The translations under genes were made by a program, and so were the position numbers. The notes beneath the pieces were generated by a model that was not told the origin of the DNA, searched no databases, and saw only the letters and a list, made by a program, of their open reading frames with translations. Below are positions 1-9,916 of a stretch of 18,260 nt of DNA, one piece after another. The DNA is from Tubiluchus corallicola (Eukaryota; Animalia; Priapulida), in the NCBI GenBank assembly GCA_030141605.1, contig JAQGDQ010001999.1, positions 1 to 18,260 of the forward strand. Direction: 5' to 3'. Numbering within the stretch: the first letter of the stretch is position 1; each line of letters begins with the position of its first letter.

Positions 1-225
1 ATTTGCAACTTTAGTAATTAGTTAATTACTTACTTATTTCGTTGTTTACAAGACTAAAAAAATTCAATAATTAAGATTTGAAACTAAGATCATTAAAAAG
101 TAAATAAATTAATACATTATACGACAACAAACAATTAACTCACGGCATTTAGTCACATAGTACTTGCTAAGTCGCATACGTACACCAAGGTAAAGAAACA
201 GACATACAGGGTGACTCAAAACTAA

Positions 226-561
226 TAGGGCTGTAATGATACAATACATATCGTGATACGAACCTCACGATACGATACGTATCACGATATATATTGAGTT
301 AACATTTGCAGGCTTTAATAAAAAATTTAGATTAAGCCATTGATATATATATATATATATTAGATTTATTAAACAACTTTAAAATTGTAAAGTGCTAAAA
401 TAATTCAGCAAACTTGAATTATTTCACTCTCTTCTTGTCAGCGGAAGTCTCGCTTGTGCTAAACATCAATGATTCGCATTGCCATTAAACTGATGCATTT
501 TGACGATACGCGTATCGTTAGAAAAGGTACCACGATGCATCGGTGTATCGTTACAGGCCTA
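226..561. mobile_element. Non-autonomous DNA transposon (MITE), hAT-like
   Basis: TIR TAGGGCTGTAATGATACA (from 226) matches the reverse complement of TGTATCGTTACAGGCCTA (to 561) at 16/18. Many subterminal CGATAC/GTATCG motifs. The 8-bp flanks AAAACTAA and TAAACTAG match 6/8, consistent with a decayed TSD. Internal (AT)n at ~343-361. Confidence 0.8.
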
Positions 562-729
562 TAAACTAGGATGTCATTTCTTGTAGCAAATGCAAACAGC
601 ATGATCAGCCCGCAGCCAACAAAAGAGGTCAGACAGTAAGCTCACTTTTTTCCACCCGGCTACAGTGAGGCTCAAAGCGCTCTCACTTCAAACAAGCGCC
701 ATCTTTAGGTGCAAAAAATTAATAAATAC

Positions 730-945
730 CTGCAAGTTATAAACGACCCGAAACGTCGACATTCCCTTCGTACTAACGTCGAACAATTCACGCAGCGTCG
801 CTGCCGCCGTCGCCTTACATTCGTAGCTCTCTTTATTAGCATCGTTCTTGTTGCGCAGAAGCCTCGGAGAAGCGCGCGGGCTCCGCCTGGTGTCGTCGAT
901 GGTAGATTTCGTAGTCACGACCGCACTTTGATTTTTGTTCGTATC
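730..945 (-). CDS. USP24: USP24-like deubiquitinase, internal exon 7 of 7 in window (216 nt, phase 0/0)
   Basis: ttgtctAG|GAT...TTGCAG|GTattt. Encodes DTNKNQ...ATLRELFDVSTKGMSTFRVVYNLQ, matching the recalled USP24 motif LESLFRSFAPGMSTFRVLYNLE. Confidence 0.85.
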
Positions 946-1200
946 CTAGACAACGCAATAATTATTACACTTCTACAGTTCTTGTATTGGAATAGTAAGC
1001 AGTTTAGCACAGCAAATGCAATTCATGAAACACAATAGCCAAATACTCACTGTCAATTTTAAATGGGCAAAAATTATCATAGCTGCTGAGATGGTATACT
1101 AACACCTTGAAACATACTAAATCAAATTACTGAACGTATTTGAAGTGATGACGTGATAATACTTTCTAAAATACCAGCACTAGTATATTAATAAAAGAAA

Positions 1201-1878
1201 AGTTTGACAGCAACAGTGTATTCAATATTGTGTAATTATCAAGCAAGTTTGACAGCAACAATGTATTCAATATCGTGCGATTATCAAGCAAGTTTGACAG
1301 CAACAATGTATTCAATATTGTGTAATTATCAAGCAAGTTTGACAGCAACAATGTATTCAATATCGTGTGATTATCAAGCAAGTTTGACAGCAACAATGTA
1401 TTCAATATCGTGTGATTATCAAGCAAGTTTGACAGCAACAATGTATTCAATATTGTGCGATTATTAAGCAAGTTTGACAGCAACAATGTATTCAATATTG
1501 TGCGATTATTAAGCAAGTTTGACAGCAACAATGTATTCAATATTGTGCGATTATCAAGCAAGTTTGACAGCAACAATGTATTCAATATTGTGTAATTATC
1601 AAGCAAGTTTGACAGCAACAATGTATTCAATATTGTGCGATTATCAAGCAAGTTTGATAGCAACAATGTATTCAATATTGTGCAATTAATAAGAAAGTTT
1701 GACAGCAACAATGTCTTCAATATTGTGCAATTATTAAGTATGTTTGACAGCAACAATGTATTCAATATTGTATGATTATTAAGTATGTTTGACAGCAACA
1801 ATGAATTCAATATCGTATGATTATTAAGCATGTTTGACAGCAACAGTGTATTCAATATCGTATGATTATTAAGTATGT
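1201..1878. repeat. 45-bp minisatellite, 15 copies
   Basis: Unit AGTTTGACAGCAACAATGTATTCAATATTGTGCGATTATCAAGCA starts at 1201, 1246, 1291 ... 1831 with exact 45-bp period. The right-hand copies are more divergent. Confidence 0.97.
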
Positions 1879-2055
1879 ACCGAAGTATTCTTTTTTAAAG
1901 ACAACATTTTTATTGGATCGACTAAGTCACAACAGAAAATGTAACAACATATAATACTTTACATGGATTGAACTTGACATGAAATGAATCTTGTGGCCAA
2001 TAACATTGCTTTTACTGTGAAAAAAACTTAGTATTGCACTTTAATAACATCTTAC

Positions 2056-2143
2056 CTTATTCAAATTTAAACAGTCGAGTGAATCCAATATGGACTGATC
2101 AGTAGGAATCAGCATGAGCAAACTACGAACTCGAGCTTTTATT
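2056..2143 (-). CDS. USP24: USP24-like deubiquitinase, internal exon 6 of 7 (88 nt, phase 2/0)
   Basis: ttattgcAG|A ATA...AAT AAG|GTaaga. Encodes (K)IKARVRSLLMLIPTDQSILDSLDCLNLNK, matching recalled USP24 RITLRVRKLLLLIPTDPAIQEALD. Confidence 0.9.
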
Positions 2144-2178
2144 CTGCAATAATAAACAAGTTTAATATGCAAAAGTGA

Positions 2179-2396
2179 CATAATCACTAAGTAAATTAAC
2201 TATACAAATGTCCCATAATCACTAAATAAATTAACTATGCAAATGTCTCATAATCACTAAGTAAATTAACAATACAAATGTCCCATAATCACTATATAAA
2301 ATAACTATATAAATGTCCCACTATCACTAAATAAATTAACTATGCAAATATGCATAATCACTAAATAAATTAACTATATAAGTGTCCCATTATCAC
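2179..2396. repeat. 35-bp minisatellite, ~6 copies
   Basis: Unit CATAATCACTAARTAAATTAACTATRCAAATGTCC at 2179, 2214, 2249, 2284, 2319 and ~2353. Confidence 0.92.
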
Positions 2397-2409
2397 AACA
2401 CAGATTTAA

Positions 2410-2788
2410 TACTCATCAATGTAGTAGTGTTATAGCTTGTTAAATGGCACTGTTACTCAGCAATGTAGTAAACTTATAACTTGTTAGGTGGCACTGTTAC
2501 TCAGCAATGCAGCAATGTCATAACTTGTTAAATGGCACTGTTACTCAGCAATGTAGTAAGTCATAACTCGTTAGGTGGCACTGTTACTCAGCAATGTAGT
2601 AACGTCATAACTTGTTAGATGGCACTGTTACTCAGCAATGTAGTAAACTCATAACATGTTAGATGGCACTGTTACTCAGCAATGTAGTAAACTTATAACT
2701 CGTTAGATGGCACTGTTACTCAGCAATGTAGTAAAGTTATAACTTGATAGATGGCACTGTTACTCAGCAATGTAGCAAACTTACAACT
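2410..2788. repeat. 44-bp minisatellite, ~8.5 copies
   Basis: Unit GGCACTGTTACTCAGCAATGTAGTAAACTTATAACTTGTTAGAT at 2446, 2490, 2534, 2577, 2621, 2665, 2709 and 2753, plus a degenerate partial copy from ~2410. Confidence 0.95.
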
Positions 2789-2839
2789 TCACCAATCCTA
2801 TGAATTAGTTAAGAATCAAAGTAGACTAGATGTACATAC

Positions 2840-2973
2840 TTTTGATGATCTAGCTCAGCAAGATGATAGAGCATGTCAAACACAAATCCACCGTGTGCCA
2901 TGATTACTCCTGGTAGTTGTTTCTCTTGTTCAATGTCATGTGACGAAGCTGCAGTGAGATTAGCCGAAGCACT
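2840..2973 (-). CDS. USP24: USP24-like deubiquitinase, internal exon 5 of 7 (134 nt, phase 0/2)
   Basis: ttttatctAG|AGT...CAA AA|GTatgt. Encodes SASANLTAASSHDIEQEKQLPGVIMAHGGFVFDMLYHLAELDHQ, matching recalled USP24 EQEKSLPGVVMA...VFDMLYQLA (USP9X: LPGVIMS). Confidence 0.92.
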
Positions 2974-3288
2974 CTAGATAAAACGACACATTTATTCACA
3001 ATACCTCTGCCAGTAGTTATAGCACGTTCATACTTTTTAAGCACATTTTGAAGGCCACTAAAAAATTGTAACCGGCCTTATGCGTCGTCATGGAAACGAT
3101 TATTTTGAGAGAATTAACAAGGCGAAGAAATTTTCGGGTGTCAGAGTCATGCGTGAAATAATATATAAAATACGTTAGTTTTTATATATTAATTTATTAG
3201 ATATTTACTAAATTAATATTAATTTAATAAATATTTTCTCTCGACGTTCTAAACCTACAAAATGAACTTGTATATCAAGTTCTTCAAC

Positions 3289-3376
3289 ATCAGAATGGCC
3301 GAGTAGCCTAAGGCGCCAGACTCAAATTCTGGTCCATGAATGCCGTGCATGAGTTTGAATCCCACTTCTGACACCA
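3289..3376 (+). pseudogene. tRNA-Leu(CAA) pseudogene with genomic 3' CCA
   Basis: Follows the metazoan tRNA-Leu(CAA) consensus, with anticodon arm CCAGA-CT-CAA-AT-TCTGG (CAA at 3323-3325) and a long variable arm. Defects: 1:72 mismatch (A:C), D-loop GG changed to AG, T-loop TTC changed to TTT, and two T-stem mismatches. CCA at 3374-3376; no oligo-T terminator follows. Confidence 0.85.
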
Positions 3377-3973
3377 TGCAGTAAAATTGGACAAAATAAA
3401 CACGAACTCGGATTTATCATTAGTTCAAAATTGCTGACAATTAAATTCAAACTAGTTTATAGATTCAGCACAGAACCATAGATACAGATTACTCTTATTA
3501 TCTGTGACAATTACTTTATAATTTTTAGAATAATCAATCCACCAAACACCAGTCAAGTCCAAGTAATTGCTAAAACGTGTAATTCTGTAATTCCGGCTCA
3601 GATTTTAAAATAATTTCTGTACTTTATACAACTTAGTTTCTTTGGATTCTATAGAGATAACAGAAAAGAAACGCTAAACTAAGCTACAACTCTGCATGTG
3701 CAAGAAAAACGTATATCATGACAAAGTACAAAATTCATTTTGCCAAAAAAATAAAATTATAAAAATCATAAAAACTTCAACCCCTACCTCTGTTTCCATC
3801 TTTTGTGGTTCTTCAGTCTAAAAAAATACAAAATTTGTTGAATCAAAGCACTGAAAGTTAAATATGTCGACAGAAAACAATGATGACGATACATCTACCC
3901 GAAATCTAGACTACATTTTTTCATTATCACTTAAATCTGTGTTACAGTAATGACTGCTTACATCACGGTGGCG

Positions 3974-4490
3974 TATCGGGTGGCACAGAAAAAATGTGCC
4001 AAAATTTAGGCTAAAGTAATATCAGAAGTAGGTGCTCTCTATTCGAAGTTGAAACTTCACTGCCTGATATCACAGCACAGTGAATTTTGGTTGCAAAGTT
4101 TTTTAACGGCTTTCAATGTATGACCGAAAAACTTTTGCATGTTAAAAAAGTAAATAGTGAAGCAACGTCAGCTAATCATCAACCGAGAAACGACCACGTT
4201 GATGTAAAAAGCACTCAATAGATGGCAGCAAAACAATACAGAAATCAGTTTACATCACGGTTTCAAGCAGAGAAGATAAAGCACTGATGAAGATTTGTTT
4301 CAAGAAAAAAATGCCACTAAAATTGTTAGGCTACGACAGGGCACTACATTTCTTCAAGACGAATGACGTCATTGGAAGAAGAATGGACATGGGAACGCAA
4401 AGTATGAAGTGATCTCAACTTCAAAATAGATGTTGCTAGTTACACGAGGCACTTATTACACTTTTATCACTAAATCTGTCATCACATTTC
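3974..4490. mobile_element. Possible decayed DNA-transposon/MITE relic
   Basis: Begins TATCGGGTGGCACAG, resembling a Tc1-type terminus. CTATTCGAAGTTGAAACTTCAC (~4038-4059) has an approximate inverted counterpart at ~4410-4430. The right terminus is not recognisable. Confidence 0.3.
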
Positions 4491-4611
4491 GCAAACATTG
4501 AAATAAGCATAACCTTGCAGAATTGTTGACCTTTCCTTTAAAATGTAGAAAAGGCAAAAGTCACTTTCGTCTAATTTCCTTATTGGTTAGGGGCTTAGAG
4601 GCTCCTTAAGG

Positions 4612-5396
4612 CTAGACCTAAATAATAAATACGAGTTTATCTAGATCTAAATAATTAATACGAGTTTATCTAGATCTAAATAATAAATACGAGTTTATCT
4701 AGATCTAAATAATTAATACGAGTTTATCTAGATGTAAATAATAAATACGAGTTTATCTAGATCTAAATAATAAATACGAGTTTATCTAGATGTAAATAAT
4801 AAATACGAGTTCATCTAGATCTAAATAAAAAATATGAGTTTATCTAGATCTAAATAATAAATACGAGTTCATCTAGATCTAAATAAAAAATATGAGTTTA
4901 TCTAGATCTAAATAATAAATACGAGTTTATCTAGATGTAAATAATAAATACGAGTTCATCTAGATCTAAATAAAAAATATGAGTTTATCTAGATCTAAAT
5001 AATAAATACGAGTTCATCTAGATCTAAATAAAAAATATGAGTTTATCTAGATCTAAATAATAAATACGAGTTCATCTAGATCTAAATAAAAAATATGAGT
5101 TTATCTAGATCTAAATAATAAATACGAGTTTATCTAGATGTAAATAATAAATACGAGTTCATCTAGATCTAAATAAAAAATATGAGTTTATCTAGATCTA
5201 AATAATAAATACGAGTTTATCTAGATCTAAATAATAAATACGAGTTTATCTAGATCTAAATAATAAATACGAGTTTATCTAGATCTAAATAATAAATACG
5301 AGTTTATCTAGATCTAAATAATAAATACGAGTTTATCTAGATCTAAATAATAAATACGAGTTTATCTAGAGCTAAATAATAAATACGAGTTTATCT
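4612..5396. repeat. 29-bp minisatellite, ~27 copies, with higher-order variants
   Basis: Unit AAATAATAAATACGAGTTTATCTAGATCT from 4620 with constant 29-bp period. Contains the overlapping palindromes ATCTAGAT and TAGATCTA. Confidence 0.97.
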
Positions 5397-5446
5397 GAAA
5401 GTATTAACAGAGTTAATTCTTATTTAAGATTCATTAAATCACTCAC

Positions 5447-5569
5447 TTGTTGAGCCGTCGACACCGGAAGAAGTGGACCGACGACGGCTATGGATGTTTT
5501 CACAATCAGATATTGATCATCGTTAAATTCCAACTGATAGAGAAGCTTATGATCCTGGGACGACATCAA
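5447..5569 (-). CDS. USP24: USP24-like deubiquitinase, internal exon 4 of 7 (123 nt, phase 0/0)
   Basis: atttttgcAG|TTG...CAA CAA|GTgagt. Encodes LMSSQDHKLLYQLEFNDDQYLIVKTSIAVVGPLLPVSTAQQ, matching recalled USP24 DQKLLHQLGFSDEQILTVKTS (end of the UBL-like region). Confidence 0.9.
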
Positions 5570-6014
5570 CTGCAAAAATCAAAATTAAAAGAATGCGAAC
5601 GACTTAAAAGGAAGAGAGGATTTTTTGCATACTATCCCATTTTCAAGTACGGTAAAAAGTATACATTTTAACACAACAAATACAGCAAAGGCATTTCTGA
5701 TAATTAAATAATAGATTGAAAACTTAATTAAAGGCGTATGAGCCCGACTGTTCTTTCACGTAAGTCAATTTTGAAAAATATAGTATGTTTCATTTCATTA
5801 TTTTAAAGAGTAAATTGTTTTGACTACAATTTAAGATTGGGTCCAGTTTCGCTTGATGTCCGATTGTCCACTTATGACCACAACTGGATACAGCAGATTG
5901 TTCGTAAGATGAATTGAAAGCAAGATGGATACGTATGTTCAACAGTACGTTCAAACAGTGCACAACCGCCGCCTAGTGGTAGAGCCAGTCCTGATTATTA
6001 CATGCAAGACATTG

Positions 6015-6297
6015 CGGCGAGCAGGGAGTCCTGGCATAGGGAGGTGAGCAGAATCATGTCACTGGACGTGTGATTCATTGGATGATGATGATGATGACCT
6101 GGCATAGGGAGGTGAGCAGAATCATGTCACTGGACGTGTGATTCATTGGATGATGATGATGATGACCTGGCATAGGGAGGTGAGCAGAATCATGTCACTG
6201 GACGTGTGATTCATTGGATGATGATAATGATGACCTGGCATAGGGAGGTGAGGAGAATCATGTCACTGGACGTGTGATTCATTGGATGATGACGATG
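6015..6297 (+). mobile_element. 5'-truncated RTE-like LINE 3' end with its last 68 bp tandemly repeated 4 times; 18-bp TSD
   Basis: Perfect TSD ATTACATGCAAGACATTG at 5997-6014 and 6298-6315. 68-bp units start at 6030, 6098, 6166 and 6234, each ending in (GAT)n. Reads (A)ASRESWHREVSRIMSLDV*, resembling RTE ORF C-termini (xRxxWRxxV). Confidence 0.8.
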
Positions 6298-7132
6298 ATT
6301 ACATGCAAGACATTGAGTGTGTACGAGCAATAAGAATAGCGGTACCTGAGATCAATTCATCGAAGGAGATAATTTGTTTAAAAAAATAGAAGGAATTATG
6401 ATTTATATATATGGTTTTGTCTTGTTAACTAATGAAGTTGCAGTCGACAAAAAACAATGGCTGACTTTAACAGCGATTTTCTCATGATTGTACCAAGGAG
6501 TGATTGTATGGAAGACACTCTTACTGCTTCTTGTCATTAATTGCAAAACTATAGCAGTTTGATTGCACCCCTAGTAGGTTGCGTCAATGGCCAACTTTGA
6601 CAGCAATTTTCTCAAGAAAATGTTTTTCAGTGTGCAGCCTGCACCTCAACTTCAACATGGATTATCTCAGCTTAGAAATAACATAGGGTGATGAACTTGG
6701 TATCAAAATGATCCTCATGAAATGGAGATTCTGGATATGTGAATAACTAGAAAACATTGATTGTTAACTTGTGGACGATCTTGCTATGCAAGCACATATA
6801 TTTCCTTATTTCTGCTAAACATTGTACCACCTGGTACAACTGGAGAAATTATTCGCCTAGTTTTCTTGTGTACTTCCTACTTCAGCGAGAGGTGTAGTAA
6901 CTCATTTATAAAAAAAGGCAAGGCGGAGCACAGAACACGAACACTCACTCTAAAAAAAAGGGGGACCAGCAGAAACATCCGAGCTCCCTCTGCAATTTTG
7001 ACGTACGGAAAACATAACTTATTATCATCATACTTCGTTTCAGACGAGAAAATCAAGTTTGTGTTCCTTAGTTTTCAAATAATGCAGCATAAATGTTTGG
7101 AATAAACGAAAACAAGTGTTCAAGCCTGTAGA

Positions 7133-7913
7133 TGAAGCCATTTCAGTAAGCCGTAGTTGAAGCCATTTCTGTTAAGTTAAACCATCAACTCTATTAACAC
7201 TATATGTGAAGCCATTTCTGTAAGACGTAGTTGAAGCCATTTCTGTTAAGTTAAATTTTTAAACCATCAACTGTTAACTGCTGTCAACTCTATTAACACT
7301 ACACGTGAAGCCATTTCTGTAAGCCGTAGTTGAAGCCATTTCTGTCAAGTTAAACCATCAACAGTTAACTTCTGTCAACTCTATTAACACTATATGTGAA
7401 GCCATTTCTGTAAGCCATAGTTGAAGCCATTTCTGTTAAGTTAAACAATCAACCGTTAACTTCTGTCAACTCTATTAACACTATACGTGAAGCCATTTCT
7501 GTTAAGTTAAATTTTTAAACCATCAACCGTTAACTTCTGTCAACTCTATTAACACTGTACGTGAAGCCATTTCTGTAAGACGTAGTTGAAGCCATTTCTG
7601 TTAAATTAAACCATCAACTCTATTAACACTATATGTCAAGCCATTTCTGTAAGCCGTAGTTGAAGCCATTTCTGTTAAATTAAACCATCAACTGTTAACT
7701 GCTGTCAACTCTATTAACACTATACGTGAAGCCATTCCTGTAAGCCTCAGTTGAAGCCATTTCTGTAAGCCGTAGTTGAAGCCATTTCTGTTAAATTAAA
7801 CCGTCAACTATTAACTTCTGTCAACTCTATTAACACTATACGTGAAGCCATTCTGTAAGCCGTAGTTGAAGCCATTTCTGTTAAGTTAAACCAACAACTC
7901 TATTAACACTACA
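7133..7913. repeat. Composite variable-length minisatellite (~70-115 bp units, ~9 copies)
   Basis: Built from modules TGAAGCCATTTCTGT (1-3 per unit), TAAGTTAAACCATCAAC, an optional CGTTAACTTCTGTCAAC, and TCTATTAACACTATACG. TCTATTAACACT occurs 9 times. Confidence 0.93.
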
Positions 7914-8028
7914 CGATGACGATCAAACCACAATACATCGGACAACCACAACACAGTAAAGGAACATTATTCTCAAAAAGTCTCTTTGCTGTATATTAGC
8001 ATGTTACTGACTTTAAAGATTACAGTTA

Positions 8029-8552
8029 CAGGGATGAGAATGACAAATTGCAAAAAACTGTAAAACAGGCCGGGGGTTTGGGGGCTGCGTAGGCCCCCCT
8101 GGGGGTTCAACGGGGTGAAGCCCCCTTGGAGCCAGCAACAAATTGCAATTTTGTGACCATAGAGAGCCTCTAAGTGGACTTAAAATATCAGTTACCTTGT
8201 TTCATGCATAATTTAAAATACCCAACTATCAAGGATACATGATACATAATTGTCTCAAAAATGCCTAAGTACTGGCTGCTCCTATGCAAAAGTATATAAA
8301 AACTGTCTGCATTTGACTCAAATAACTCCGCACAATTGATTCTACATTTTTATACATAGAGATATACATGTGGTCACACTGATGTATGTGATATAAAAAA
8401 AGTGACGGTCTGCCAACTAGCGGTTAACTTGTGAAATAATGTACTGGGTCCGTAAAAATTTTCTCAACGAATTTACACGATTTACAAAAATGGCACTACT
8501 GGTCCTCCAAAAACTCGAAATTCCGCGTATCCGTGGAAAATTCTCATTCCTG
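8029..8552. mobile_element. Non-autonomous DNA transposon (MITE)
   Basis: TIR CAGGGATGAGAAT matches the reverse complement of ATTCTCATTCCTG at 12/13. TA lies on both flanks; an 8-bp TSD is not convincing. GC-rich hairpin block at ~8070-8130 and CCGTAAAA/CCGTGGAAA subterminal motifs. Superfamily uncertain. Confidence 0.55.
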
Positions 8553-8667
8553 TAATTTAAATAATCAGTTATAATTATTACTATTATAATTTAAGTAATC
8601 AAACCTTGAATGTTAGTTAACGGTAAGATTATAGTTAATGATAAAATGTAGCAAATCTTATTCGCAC

Positions 8668-8766
8668 CATATTGTCTCCAGCCGCTAGTTGTATCTGATC
8701 AACGTTCAACTTCAAATAGCGAGAAATTTTGGCTTTTGCTGATGCTAAAGTCTCGTTGCTATGAGC
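8668..8766 (-). CDS. USP24: USP24-like deubiquitinase, internal exon 3 of 7 (99 nt, phase 0/0)
   Basis: ttttttgtAG|GCT...AAT ATG|GTgcga. Encodes AHSNETLASAKAKISRYLKLNVDQIQLAAGDNM, matching recalled USP24 AHSNETIGSVRWKIAKQL...VDNIQI. Confidence 0.9.
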
Positions 8767-9357
8767 CTACAAAAAATACACAATGTAAACAGTTTATTAC
8801 ATAACATCAACACATTTATTATACTTTAAAAACATCATGAAAAAATCTGATTACAAACAAATACTAATCTTGGAAGAATTGACGTAAAAGACACCAAACT
8901 TGTAACTTTTATATATGAAAAAATGATACATAATGTTTACATAATGACTATACATAATGTTTATATTGCAAAACAGTAAAATATACATAATATATATATA
9001 TTATGTATATTTAGTATATTATGTATTATGCATCTTATATATATATAAATATCTTTATTTGTCATAAAACAATGAGAGTAAACATTATACAATGCGAAAT
9101 ATCATTCAATGATTGCCTGGGCTACACTGCTAATAGGCAAATGCATCTGGTGCACAAAATTAGAACTACCAGTGCCACTAAGTGTACATAAAAAACACAA
9201 TTTATCGAGTAAAAAATGATATATGAGCTACAGCAAAATACTCATACCTAAAAAAACTAAAGCACACATTTACAAATACAATCTCATGTAAATAATACAC
9301 ATCACAGGGGTAATATGCACAGGTATCTGGACATAGACACAAAATCATCTCAAGGTA

Positions 9358-9916
9358 CAATCAATCAATCAATCAATCAATTTATTTCACTCCAGCAATA
9401 CATATACAATACATCAACATACAATATTATTGAAACAAAAAGAAACAGTATAGGTAAAAAACGTTGACAAAGTCTAATTAACCAAATAAAAGAGTTGCTG
9501 CATGACACCTTGAAAGCTTGGCTTGTTAGGGTGGCACAAATGAGTGAATGAAAGAATGGTTAGGGTTAGTGGACATGATGGAATAGAAGAAAATAGTAAG
9601 ATTAGGGATGGGAAGAAGGAATGGAGGGGAGGATGAGTGAATGAAAGAATGGTTAGGGTTAGTAGACATGATGGAATGGAAAAAAAATAGTAAGATTAGG
9701 GATAGGAAGAAGGAAAAGAGGGGAGGATGAGTGAATGAAAGAATGGTTAGGGTCAGAAGAAATAATGGAATGGAAAAAGAGAGTAAGATTAGGGATAGGA
9801 AGAAGGAAAAGAGGGGAGGATGAGTGAATGAAAGAATGGATAGGGTCAGAAGAAATAATGGAATGGGAAAAAGAGAGCAAGATTAGGGATAGGAAGAAGG
9901 AGAAGAAACGACCACA
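9358..9916 (-). mobile_element. Non-autonomous retro-like element, copy 1 (4 x ~92-bp units plus LINE-like 3' tail)
   Basis: On the minus strand it starts TGTGGTCGTTTCTTCT, then 4 pyrimidine-rich units, a stem-loop (GCCACCCT...AAGGTGTC), and ends AATAAA(TTGA)n. Collinear with 14229-15980. Confidence 0.75.

Noticed and set aside
206-662. Possible Tc1-like element (TACAGGGTG ... CCACCCGGCTA) interrupted by the MITE
   Set aside because: Terminal match is too short and degenerate to call.
709-1038. 109-aa plus-strand ORF
   Set aside because: Antisense shadow of the USP24 exon 730-945, with no recognisable motif.
1051-1105. Strong minus-strand donor GTGAGTA at 1050 suggesting a small extra exon
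   Set aside because: Acceptors are weak or out of phase, there is no similarity to recalled USP24, and it is not needed for frame continuity. It cannot be excluded as a minor cassette.
1166-1855. 229-aa ORF of 15-aa Leu/Asn repeats that looks LRR-like
   Set aside because: It is the stop-free frame of a 45-bp intronic minisatellite. It has no unique domain or real start, and the USP24 exons on either side join in phase without it.
3790-4310. Hammerhead-ribozyme-like cores (CTGAAGA on minus ~3810; CTGATGA ~4284)
   Set aside because: No proper stem II followed by GAAA, and stems I/III are not evident.
4612-5396. CRISPR-like appearance of ~29-bp palindromic repeats (also the other arrays)
   Set aside because: No unique spacers, no cas genes, and a eukaryotic intronic context.
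5447-5671. 74-aa plus-strand ORF
   Set aside because: Antisense to the USP24 exon 5447-5569.
6761-7105. 114-aa ORF (also 10550-10834, 11203-11445 and 11234-11470)
   Set aside because: No recognisable motifs or supporting splice structure; sizes are consistent with chance intronic ORFs.
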